DNA of 64,000 nucleotides from Thecamonas trahens ATCC 50062 (Eukaryota > Protista > Apusomonadida). The translations under genes and the position numbers were made by a program. Location: NCBI RefSeq assembly GCF_000142905.1, contig NW_013657622.1, positions 62,001 through 126,000 of the forward strand. Direction: 5' to 3'. Positions within the stretch are counted from its first letter, which is position 1. Every line of letters begins with the position of its first letter. Below, piece by piece: positions 1 to 9,621 of the stretch. The notes under the pieces were generated by a model that searched no databases, was not told the DNA's origin, and saw only the letters and a list, made by a program, of their open reading frames with translations.

Positions 1-500
1 CATGCTCGCTCTCGCCCCAAGTACTTGCTCGGTGTGCCCCCGTACACCTCCTTCACTACATGCCGCACGTGCTGACGTTCAGCAGCAGCACGTGCGTGGA
101 AGGGATCTAAAAATTCTCAAGAACTTGCCTAGCCGCCCTCCCTTGTCCCCTACACCCTCCCTGCAGTCATGGTCACATCTCGTCCCAGACACGCCACCGT
201 ATACTACTTTCTACTCTATAAGAAGTTTATGCGTACTCTGATCGGGAGCACAGTTGCCGTGACGCGTCCGTGCGTGGCATAGGGCAGGATGCACGGATGT
301 GGGCGGGGCTTGGAAAAAGCGAAAAAAATATATGTCCGAAACAGCCGAGATGGCGACCTCGTGGACTGGAGAAGCGGTGGCCGACGGGGGGAGGAGGCGG
401 GGGGAGGACTTTGGAGAGGTGGGACACCCCACTCCATCCCCACCACGGGACACCAACCCGAGTACCGCATACTGTACTTGTAGTTGACTACATTGGGAAG

Positions 501-2945
501 ATGGTACGTTCATAGCTGCTTCCATGCCTGTGGTTGAGGTCTGGGAACGTGGCCTTGGGAGGGGGAGGGGGCGAGGAGGCGGCGATGGGCGGAAGCTGGT
601 GATCATGGACGAACGAACGAACGAACGAACGAACGAACGAACGAACGAACGAACGAACGATTGGCGACGTCTTTGATCATTCTCTCGATAACATGATCGA
701 TACGTGTCCCAACGATTATTTTCTCAACAACATGATCGATTACTGCACCCAACAACATGATCGGGTACTGCACCCAACAACATGATCGGGTACTGCACCC
801 AACAACATGATCGGGTACTGCACCCAACAACATGATCGGGTACTGCACCCAACAACATGATCGGGTACTGCACCCAACAACATGATCGGGTACTGCACCC
901 AACAACATGATCGGGTACTGCACCCAACAACATGATCGGATACTGCACCCAACAACATGATCGGATACTGCACCCAACAACATGATCGGGTACTGCACCC
1001 AACAACATGATCGGGTACTGCACCCAACAACATGATCGGTTACCTCGGCATCTCCCATCAACGCCATCGATCAACCCCCCTCCTCCCCCCCCTTCCCCCT
1101 CCGCTGCAGCGACGACTCACCTATCCATCCATCTAATGACGCACAGGCCTCCCTCACCGCCGGCTCGTCGGCGCACATTCCCGATACGATTGCAGCCAAG
1201 CGGGCTGCAGCGCGATACGAGCTGCGCAAGGAGTCTGGCATGCTCGCAGAGCTGACAGCAACGGTAGCGACGGCTGTTGGCGGTGACACGGTGTATGCCA
1301 CCCAGCTGTGGGACGTGCCGGAGAAGGTTCACGACAACTGCGCAGCCATGCTTGAGGCGACCAACGAGGTAGCGGCCTACTGGCGGGCGCGCGCTGCCAT
1401 CGAGGCCGACTACGCCGCCGCCCTCGCCAAGCTCTCCAAGTCGACCAAGGACAAGGCCTCGTTTGTGAACGTGCCCGGCTGGAACCGCCTCGTGCCGCTG
1501 CTTGACGTCGAAGCGACCCAGCACGCCGAGCTGGCCACCGAGATGGTCGACCAGCTACATGCACAGCTCTCCGAATTTGCCTCGACCATGGACACCAACC
1601 TCAAGCTCCTGGGCAAGGTCCACCGCTCGCTTGTCAAGGACGCCGCTTCGGCTGCAGACAACGCGTCCAAGCTCGAGTCCAAGTACATCTCTGCGGCGCA
1701 GGCCGAGGAGATTGCCTCGTCCGAGCTCCGCGTCGCCGTCACCAACAAGGCCAAGGCGTCCAAGATTGCCAAGCTCGAGAAGGACGTGGGTAAGAAGGCC
1801 AAGGCTGTGGCCGAGGCCCAGGAAAAGTACGTCGCCGCCATCGACGAGGCCAATGCAATTCAACGCAAGCAGTTTGCCCTCCTCTCGTCGTACGAGTCTC
1901 TCGAGCTTCGCCGCGACGAGCGGACCATCCAGCAGCTCAACCTTTACCTCGAGCTCCGCGCTCTCTCCCTCGACAAGGTCGCCGCTGCCGCCGAGGCCGC
2001 CCAGGATGCCATCTCCTCGCACCATCCGACCGAGAACCTGGAGCTTTTGCCACCGAGCACGCCTCGGGCGAGCCGCGCCCGCTGCCCGCTGTCCCCGTCG
2101 AGTACCGCCAGGGCGAGCTCTCCGAGAAGCAGGCCGCCAAGCTCGCTAAGATCCGCTCGCAGCTCGATCCCGAGGCCGTCGCCGTCTTTGGTGTCGAGCT
2201 TGAAGACCTCATGGCCCGCCAGGCGCCCGACGCGCCTGACGCCGCCATCCCGGCCGTCCTCGACATCCTCATCGAGACGCTCCGTGCTGCCAAGCCCGAA
2301 GCCGCCGAAGGCGTCTTCCGTGTTCCAGGCGACGCCACTGCCATCATCCACCTCAAGGCCGAGCTCGACTCGGGCGCCGACACCCTGGCCACCACCGATG
2401 TCCACGTCGCCGCAGGCCTCCTCAAGCTCTGGTTCCGCGAGCTTCCCACCCCGCTCATTCCGCCCAACCTCTATGACGACTTTGTGGCCAACGACGGTGC
2501 CGCCGTCGCCGCCGTCTTTGACCGCCTCCCGCAGGTCAACCGCGACGTTGCCCTCCGCCTCGTCTCCTTCTTGGGCGAGCTCTGCACCGATCCGGCCATT
2601 GTCGAAATCACCAAGATGTCCGACGAGAACATGGCCATGGTCTTCACGCCCTCCTTCCTCCGGACGCCCTCGGACGACCCCATGGCCATCATGAACGCCC
2701 AGGCTGCCGAGCAAAAGGCCGTCCTCGCCCTCCTCCGCCACATCCTCGCCATTCCGGACCCCAACGCACCCGCACAGGAGGCCTCTCAAGACAACGCTGC
2801 GCTGCCACCGCCGCCCTCCTCGGCCCCGCCGCCGCTCCTCCCCACCCCGGCCCTCCCGCCGCCGCCCTCTCACCCGCCCCCGCCCGAGGCCACCAACGAG
2901 GTCCTCCCGCCGCCGCCCTCGCATCCGCCGCCGCCCGATGCCTAA
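501..2945 (+). CDS. F-BAR (FCH) domain + RhoGAP protein with Pro-rich tail; exon1 501-503 (ATG), intron 504-1146, exon2 1147-2945 with an apparent 1-nt frameshift at ~2045-2048
   Basis: ATG|GTACGT donor; CTAAT branch-like site and CACAG acceptor place 1147 in frame with ORF 1240. F-BAR-like 'YWRARAAIEADYAAALAKLSK' and coiled coils. RhoGAP 'VFGVELEDLM..EGVFRVPG..VAAGLLKLWFRELPTPLIP..KMSDENMAMVFTPSFL' in ORF 2211-2945. Adding one T to TTTT joins the two frames. Confidence 0.85.
608..660. repeat. (GAAC)n microsatellite
   Basis: about 13 tandem GAAC units. Confidence 0.95.
725..1040. repeat. 25-bp minisatellite AACAACATGATCGGGTACTGCACCC, about 12 copies
   Basis: period 25 (751, 776, 801, ...). 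Confidence 0.95.
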
Positions 2946-3078
2946 ACGCATCCCCCCCCCGTCCCTACTCACCACACAATCTCCCTCTACCCACCCACCA
3001 CCTCCGCCTCGCCCCTCCCAACAAACGCCATCCTTGCCCACACATATGTTCATTTCATTGCGCTCGGCTTGTTGCCGT

Positions 3079-6000
3079 CTACACGTTCGATCCGCCCGAG
3101 CCCGACACGGCGCCCGAGTCAGACGACGGGGCAGCGACGTGGGCAACAACCGCTGCCGAATCATCGTCATCGTCATCGTCATCGTTCCCTTGGTCGGCGT
3201 CGCTGCCGCTGCCGCTGTCGCTGCCGCTACCGCTGCCGGTGGTGGCGACGGCACCGGTCCCGGTTCCACCCAGCGATGCTACCGAGCTCTCGGTATCGGT
3301 ATCGTCAAGGGTGATGAGGACAGCGGGCCGGCGGCGGCGAGGGCCCGAGTTCTTGCGGAGCGACTTAGTGCTCGAAGCCGAGTTCTTGCGGCCAGCAGGC
3401 CCATTGGGCGTTGACGGCCGGCGCTTGGCGAGAACTTCCTCGTCGACGGCGCGGGCCTCGCCCTCGGACACGTCGACGAGGGCGACGGACATGCGGCGCT
3501 TGGACGACGAGGCTGAGAGATGGTGGCGGGCGTAGGGGAGAGACGACGAGTCGACCGAGGTGTCCGAGTCCATGGTGCCTGCGGCCGAGCGCGGGGTGGT
3601 AGGCATGCCGTCATCGCCGCCGCCGCCGCCGGCCCCGCTCCCGCTCCGGCCGGCCTTGCTCTCCTCAGCCTGGGCCGCCTCGGCCTGACGGATGTCGGCA
3701 ACGAGGGTAAAGATCTGCAGGACAAGGGCGGAGACAAGGCGGGTGAAGAAGAGGAGGAGGAGCGAGAGGACGGCTACAAAGTAGATGGCGGCCGCCGGGT
3801 GCGTCGCGTCCATGGTGGCGTACATGACCTGCTGCCAGTTGGAGCCGGTGCCGAGTTGGAAGAGCGTCCGCAGGGCAACGCCAAACGAGTCAAAGGTGGC
3901 GCGGCCGCCGAGCTGGCGGGCAAAGAGCTCCATGCCGAGGACGGCAAAAAAGTAGAGAAGAGCGGCGATGCATGCAAGCGAGGGGCCGAGCGAGGGCATG
4001 ACCGCCAGCAGCATCTCCACGTGCGACCGCACTGACGACGACTGGGTCAGCAGCCGGAGCGAGACAAGCGTGACTCCGGCCCACGCCACCGCGTTGCCGC
4101 CCGACTGCGGCGCGTAGTCGGCGCCGAGGTGAAAGCCGTAGGCGGTGCAAGCCACGAGCATGACGCCCGTGTCAAAGAGCGACCACACGTCCACGTAAAA
4201 GGCTGGGCCGGCGGCGAGGGCGCGGATGACGAGGTCGATGACAAAGGCGCCAAGGAAGGCGCCGGCGATGATAGTCGACACATCGCCCGAGGTCGGCAAC
4301 GAGGCGCCGGTGACCGACGCGGCGAGGCCGCAAAAGGCAAAAAGGAGAGCCCGGTTGAGCCAGACGTACCACGACGAGATGACGACGGCGCGGAGGGCAA
4401 CGACGTGCGGCATGACATTGACGACATCGTCAAAGCGCGACGGCGGTGAGAATCGCAGGTACAGCACGTCCATGATGACAAAGAAGCCCGACATGTCGAT
4501 GGCCTCGGGCTCCTCCTCAGTCGTCAGCGACTTGAAGAGCGAGCGAAGAGTCGACGATGGCAGCGCAGGCGCAATGATGTTGCCCAGTGCGAGCATCGAC
4601 GACCACGGCATGACCTCCTCCGGCAGCGCGTCCGGGCCGATGGTCTGCGACGCCGACGGCCGGGCGAGGACCAGAAAAGCGCTCGCCAGCGACGACCGCT
4701 CCTTCCACCGGTCGTAGACAACTGACGACCGCCGATGCGCCTTGTAGAACCGCATCAGCACCGCCACAATCTCCGTCGTCACCAGGTAGCCCATGAGGAG
4801 GAGGAACGAGACGAAGAAGAGCGGCGAGGCCGAGCTCACATCCGAGCCCGTGTACCAGTACCCGGGCAAGCCCTGGCCGGAGAGGACCACAAAGAGAACG
4901 AGGACGGCCGAGCCGATGTTGTCAAAGTTCTCGTACGCTGCGCCCGTCTGGAACTGCCCGCGGAAGAGGGCCACGCCGACCAGGCCGTACGAGAAGCACG
5001 CCACGCCGATCTTGCCCAAAACAGGGACCAGTGGCCAAAAGGTGCGGATGATGGCCCGGAGCGTCGTCCGGACCCGCCGCCACCGCGCAATGAGGAAGAG
5101 CGGTCGGATGGCCCGCGAGAGCCGCAGCGGTGAGCCGGCAGCAAAGGCAATGAGGTCGCCCCAGAAAACGACCAGGCAGAGGCCGGCGACCGCGCGCCAC
5201 GGCTTGCGCCAGAACCCGCTCGCCCCGTGGTGGATGATGGAGAGACCGACGTCGAGAGAAAAGACAAGAAGGACGGCAAACTCGGTGAAGAGCAGGCCGT
5301 AGTACCGCGGCTCAAGGAGGATCGACGCGTTGCGGTACGACGCCCGCTCAAAGACAATGGCGGCGTGCTGGACCATCGAGGCGAGGAAGAGCAGCCGCAT
5401 GAAGAACCACGAGTAGTGGAACTCGTACGCCGCAAATTTCCACGCCTCCTCGGGCTGCTTGGTCGCCCGTCCATTGCGAGCGTCGCGGACTGCCGATGCC
5501 GCCCGCGCCAGCGCATCCTCCAGCCCGGGCTGCATCCGGAGCCGCGACGGCGGTGCCGTGTACCGCTGCATGCCGGCCTTCCACCCGTCCTGCCGCGCGT
5601 GGAACGAGAGCGACCGCATCCGCCGCGCCATCGCCTCGTCGTCGGCACTCCGCTCGGCCTTGCGCGCCGCAATGCTCCGCCGCCCGCCTCGGCTTCCGTC
5701 GTCACCGCCCGACGCTGCCGCCGCCTGTGCAGAGCGCGCCAGCGGCGACGACCGCTTCGGCGCGTTGGGGTTCGCAGCCCGCCCGCTCCCGCCTCCGCTC
5801 CCACCGCTGATCGCTCTCCGTGCCAATAACGAGCCACCGCCAGCCGGCCCGACGGGTTCGAGCTCGATACCCTCGTTGCCTGTCCGGGCACCACCAGCAT
5901 GAGCCTCCTGGGCAGCACGAGCAGCTGCGTGCATGTCTGCGGCACCACCGTCACCGGCAGCGTAGCCATCATCATCAGCATGTAGCGCATCATAAGCAGC

Positions 6001-6399
6001 AGCAGGGTCTTCACCACGATCATGAGCTGCACGAGCTGCAGCAAAGTCTCTCCTGTTGTAGGTAGAGACGATGAGCGAGTCGAGCTTGGACGAGTCGAGA
6101 TTGGTCTCGCCGAGCGTCAGTCCGAGCACAGTGTCATTAATTGAATTGCGCATGGTTGCCCGACGGTTTCGCCTCAGTTGATTTGTTCGTGCATGCAGCA
6201 TCCGTCTCTTCCCGCCTCCTCCTCCTCCACCACCGACGCCACCACCGCCGCCCACTCTCTGTCGTCCGCCTCCATGTCGTCCACCGGCTGGCACTTGCCC
6301 GTCTCCTCCTCCTCCTCCTTCTAGATGACTTGTCCGACTTGGTACACTTGCTCCTCTGGGGAGCATACCCGCACGCATGTGCGGAGGGAGGTCTTCCAT
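3079..6399 (-). CDS. two-pore channel (TPC)-family cation channel, 2 x 6TM
   Basis: S4-like 'RLSRAIRPLFLIARWRRVR'; pore loops 'FDNIGSAVLVLFVVLSGQGLPGYW' and 'FDSFGVALRTLFQLGTGSNWQQVM'; S6 'FFVSFLLL'. Likely ATG at 6399 after a poly-C tract. Confidence 0.85.
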   Translation of the reverse strand: MEDLPPHMRAGMLPRGASVPSRTSHLEGGGGGDGQVPAGGRHGGGRQRVGGGGGVGGGGGGGGKRRMLHARTNQLRRNRRATMRNSINDTVLGLTLGETNLDSSKLDSLIVSTYNRRDFAAARAAHDRGEDPAAAYDALHADDDGYAAGDGGAADMHAAARAAQEAHAGGARTGNEGIELEPVGPAGGGSLLARRAISGGSGGGSGRAANPNAPKRSSPLARSAQAAAASGGDDGSRGGRRSIAARKAERSADDEAMARRMRSLSFHARQDGWKAGMQRYTAPPSRLRMQPGLEDALARAASAVRDARNGRATKQPEEAWKFAAYEFHYSWFFMRLLFLASMVQHAAIVFERASYRNASILLEPRYYGLLFTEFAVLLVFSLDVGLSIIHHGASGFWRKPWRAVAGLCLVVFWGDLIAFAAGSPLRLSRAIRPLFLIARWRRVRTTLRAIIRTFWPLVPVLGKIGVACFSYGLVGVALFRGQFQTGAAYENFDNIGSAVLVLFVVLSGQGLPGYWYTGSDVSSASPLFFVSFLLLMGYLVTTEIVAVLMRFYKAHRRSSVVYDRWKERSSLASAFLVLARPSASQTIGPDALPEEVMPWSSMLALGNIIAPALPSSTLRSLFKSLTTEEEPEAIDMSGFFVIMDVLYLRFSPPSRFDDVVNVMPHVVALRAVVISSWYVWLNRALLFAFCGLAASVTGASLPTSGDVSTIIAGAFLGAFVIDLVIRALAAGPAFYVDVWSLFDTGVMLVACTAYGFHLGADYAPQSGGNAVAWAGVTLVSLRLLTQSSSVRSHVEMLLAVMPSLGPSLACIAALLYFFAVLGMELFARQLGGRATFDSFGVALRTLFQLGTGSNWQQVMYATMDATHPAAAIYFVAVLSLLLLFFTRLVSALVLQIFTLVADIRQAEAAQAEESKAGRSGSGAGGGGGDDGMPTTPRSAAGTMDSDTSVDSSSLPYARHHLSASSSKRRMSVALVDVSEGEARAVDEEVLAKRRPSTPNGPAGRKNSASSTKSLRKNSGPRRRRPAVLITLDDTDTESSVASLGGTGTGAVATTGSGSGSDSGSGSDADQGNDDDDDDDDSAAVVAHVAAPSSDSGAVSGSGGSNV

Positions 6400-6516
6400 A
6401 GTAGGGGGGGGGGGGGGGGGTAAGGAATGGGCGTGCGGTGGGGGTGTCTGTGGCCTGTGGCGTGCGGGTGAGGGGGAAGTTGGTTGGTAATTGGGTTTTC
6501 GGCGGGAAGGGGGCCC

Positions 6517-7537
6517 GCTAACGATTAACCGCAGCAACAAAACCATCGATTCCACCTGCTAACGATTAACCGCAACAACAAAACCATCGATTCCACCTGC
6601 TAACGATTAACCGCAACAACAAAACTATCGATTCCACCTGCTAACGATTGACCGCAACAACAAAACCATCGATTCCACCTGCTAACGATTAACCGCAACA
6701 ACAAAACCATCGATTCCACCTGCTAACGATTAACCGCAACAACAAAACCATCGATTCCACCTGCTAACGATTAACCGCAACAACAAAACCATCGATTCCA
6801 CCTGCTAACGATTAACCGCAACAACAAAACCATCGATTCCACCTGCTAACGATTAACCGCAACAACAAAACCATCGATTCCACCTGCTAACGATTGACCG
6901 CAACAACAAAACCATCGATTCCACCTGCTAACGATTAACCGCAACAACAAAACCATCGATTCCACCTGCTAACGATTAACCGCAACAACAAAACCATCGA
7001 TTCCACCTGCTAACGATTAACCGCAACAACAAAACCATCGATTCCACCTGCTAACGATTAACCGCAACAACAAAACCATCGNNNNNNNNNNNNNNNNNNN
7101 NNNNNNNNNNNNNNNNNNNNNNNNNNNNNNNNNNNNNNNNNNNNNNNNNNNNNNNNNNNNNNNNNNNNNNNNNNNNNNNNNNNNNNNNNNNNNNNNNNNN
7201 NNNNNNNNNNNNNNNNNNNNNNNNNNNNNNNNNNNNNNNNNATCGATTCCACCTGCTAACGATTAACCGCAACAACAAAGCCATCGATTCCACCTGCTAA
7301 CGATTAACCGCAACAACAAAACCATCGATTCCACCTGCTAACGATTAACCGCAACAACAAAGCCTACGATTCCACCTGCTAACGATTGACCGCAACAACA
7401 AAACCATCGATTCCACCTGCTAACGATTAACCGCAACAACAAAGCCTACGATTCCACCTGCTAACGATTGACCGCAACAACAAAACCATTGATTCCACCT
7501 GCTAACGATTAACCGCAACAACAAAACCATCGATTCC
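6517..7537. repeat. 41-bp minisatellite CTGCTAACGATTAACCGCAACAACAAAACCATCGATTCCAC (spans gap 7082-7240) in divergent intergenic region
   Basis: period 41, near-identical units, no spacers. Confidence 0.95.
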
Positions 7538-7707
7538 CGCAATACCGTGAAAGGCCAAGCGCCCGCATATGCGACTCCATCGTTCCCTCCGCCCCCTCGC
7601 CAATACCCACATGCGGTTCTTCGCGCAGACACAGCGTTCCATGGCCACAGCCCTCTCCACCCCCCCCCCTCCCCACCACCACCACACCCACCACACCCAC
7701 CACCACC

Positions 7708-9609
7708 ATGTTCTCCACCCTCCTCTACACCAAGGACGAGGTCCACGTCCATCCGGACGCCGACGCCTCGTCGCACATTGCCGGCCGTCTCTGCATCGTC
7801 CACTCGGACGAGCCGGACTCTCCGCCGCTCTCGCTCACTTGGTCGCCGTACTCACTCCTGGCCAAGGCTGCGGGTGCTGCTACCGCACGTGCTGTGCTGG
7901 AGGCTGACCCGGAGGCCTTTGTGCTGACGGATGCCCATGCGGGCCCTGCAGAAGGGGCTGAGCTGGCCGACGGAGAGGAGAAGATCGCTGATCCTGAATT
8001 GCTGGAGCTCTCGCCGATTTCCTCACTCGCTCCCCGGGATCATGCCCTTTGTGTCCCGCTGGTCGAGCTCAAGGCTGTCTCCCGCTTCCAACCCGAGCAT
8101 GGCATCCCGTCGCTGGTCATCGAAATCGACCACGGCATCACCTTTCCGCCGCTCTTCTTCCACAATGGCGGCGTCCGCGAGCTGTTTGCCCTCCTCGACG
8201 GCCTCGTCGCCCTCTCACCCCACCCGGACATTCCGGGCAAGTCGCTCGTCAACGACGCCTCCTCGCTTCTTGCCCAGTCTCTCGACGCTCTCGATCTCGA
8301 GCTGCTCTCGCCTGCAGGCGCCGCCGCGCCTGTGGCCCAGCTCCCGCCGGCGGCTTCACCTCAGTTGACAGAGCAGTCGACAGGCTCGCGCGCAGGCGCT
8401 GCAGCTGCCTCGTTCTTCGGCACACTCACTTCGATCGCGTCGATTGCCAAGACCGCGGCTTCGTCGATGCTGCGCCCGGTCTCGGCCGCCGGCCCACCGC
8501 CGCTCTCCAACGCCCAACGCCAGCTCCTCGGCGAGTCTGGCCGCATCCGCGCCGAGCCGCTCACCCACGACGAGTTTACCGCTCACTACGCCGCTCGCGA
8601 GCACGACGACGGTCGACTCGTTGACAGCCCCGCCCGCGAGGCTGCACTCCGCCGCCGCATCTTTGACGGCGGCCTCGACTCGGACCTTCGCCCGCTCCTC
8701 TGGCGGTTCTTGGTCGGCCTCGTCGACATGACCGCACCGGCCGCCGCCGTCGCCGAGCGCGAGGCCCTCCTCCGGTCCAACTACGCCACGCTCCGCAAGC
8801 AGTGGGCTACCATGTCGCCGGCTCAGGTCGCTCGCTTCTCCAAGCTCCGCGAGCGGCAGCACCGCATCGCCAAGGACGTCGTCCGCACCGACCGCGGGCA
8901 CCCGTACTTTGCTGGCGAGGCCAACCCGCACCTCGACGACATGACCTCCATCCTCACCTCGTACCTCTTCTACAACTGGGATCTCGGCTACGTCCAGGGC
9001 ATGTCTGACCTCCTCGCGCCCATCATGGTTGTCCACCCCGACGATGAGGCCCTGGCCTTTTGGGTTTTTGAGCGGGTCATGGCCCAGTGGCAGAACAACT
9101 TTGGCAAGGACCAGCTCGGCATGCGCGGCCAGCTTGAGGCTGTCGCCCGCGCTCTAGCCGTCGCCGATCCCGAGCTCCACGCCTTCTTTGTCTCCACAGA
9201 CGCACTCAACCTCTTCTTTTGCTTCCGCTGGATGCTTGTTCGCTTTAAGCGCGAGCTCGCCTTTGACGACGTCTGCGCCCTCTGGGACGTCCTCTGGTCC
9301 CGCTCCGTTGGCTCCGACACTGCCTCGCGCTCCTGGCACATTGTCGCTGCTGTCGCCCTCCTCGTCCAGCACCGCACCGCGCTCCTTGGCGCCCCGTTTG
9401 ACGACATCCTCAAGTACATCAACGACCTCTCTGGCACCATCGACGTCAACGACCTCCTTGTTCGCGCTGCCGTCCTCTTTGACATCGTCACTGAAAACAT
9501 CGGTGAGGACGCCGCTCTCGCTCTCTTCTCACCCGCGTCGGTGCCGCCCTCGCCTCCCCGCGACGCACAAACTAGCGACACCCACGACTCAGCTGCCTCG
9601 TCTTTGTAA
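7708..9609 (+). CDS. TBC1D15: Rab-GAP TBC protein, TBC1D15/TBC1D17/Gyp7 family
   Basis: N-terminal 'LLYTKDEVHVHP..FPPLFFHNGG'; TBC motifs 'IAKDVVRTDR', 'GYVQGMSDLLAP', 'LFFCFRWMLVRFKRE'. Confidence 0.9.
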   Translation: MFSTLLYTKDEVHVHPDADASSHIAGRLCIVHSDEPDSPPLSLTWSPYSLLAKAAGAATARAVLEADPEAFVLTDAHAGPAEGAELADGEEKIADPELLELSPISSLAPRDHALCVPLVELKAVSRFQPEHGIPSLVIEIDHGITFPPLFFHNGGVRELFALLDGLVALSPHPDIPGKSLVNDASSLLAQSLDALDLELLSPAGAAAPVAQLPPAASPQLTEQSTGSRAGAAAASFFGTLTSIASIAKTAASSMLRPVSAAGPPPLSNAQRQLLGESGRIRAEPLTHDEFTAHYAAREHDDGRLVDSPAREAALRRRIFDGGLDSDLRPLLWRFLVGLVDMTAPAAAVAEREALLRSNYATLRKQWATMSPAQVARFSKLRERQHRIAKDVVRTDRGHPYFAGEANPHLDDMTSILTSYLFYNWDLGYVQGMSDLLAPIMVVHPDDEALAFWVFERVMAQWQNNFGKDQLGMRGQLEAVARALAVADPELHAFFVSTDALNLFFCFRWMLVRFKRELAFDDVCALWDVLWSRSVGSDTASRSWHIVAAVALLVQHRTALLGAPFDDILKYINDLSGTIDVNDLLVRAAVLFDIVTENIGEDAALALFSPASVPPSPPRDAQTSDTHDSAASSL

Positions 9610-9621
9610 ACGCATGCACCG

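Larger units (their letters stand above)
504..1146 (+). other. spliceosomal intron immediately after start codon, containing G-rich 5' part, microsatellite, minisatellite and C-rich 3' part
   Basis: GTACGT...CTAATGACGCACAG; phase 0, restores the reading frame. Confidence 0.75.

Noticed and set aside
1-500. Short ORFs or snRNA in the first 500 bp
   Set aside because: No recognisable domain or snRNA signature
6517-7537. CRISPR array
   Set aside because: Units are contiguous with no unique spacers, there are no cas genes, and the context is eukaryotic
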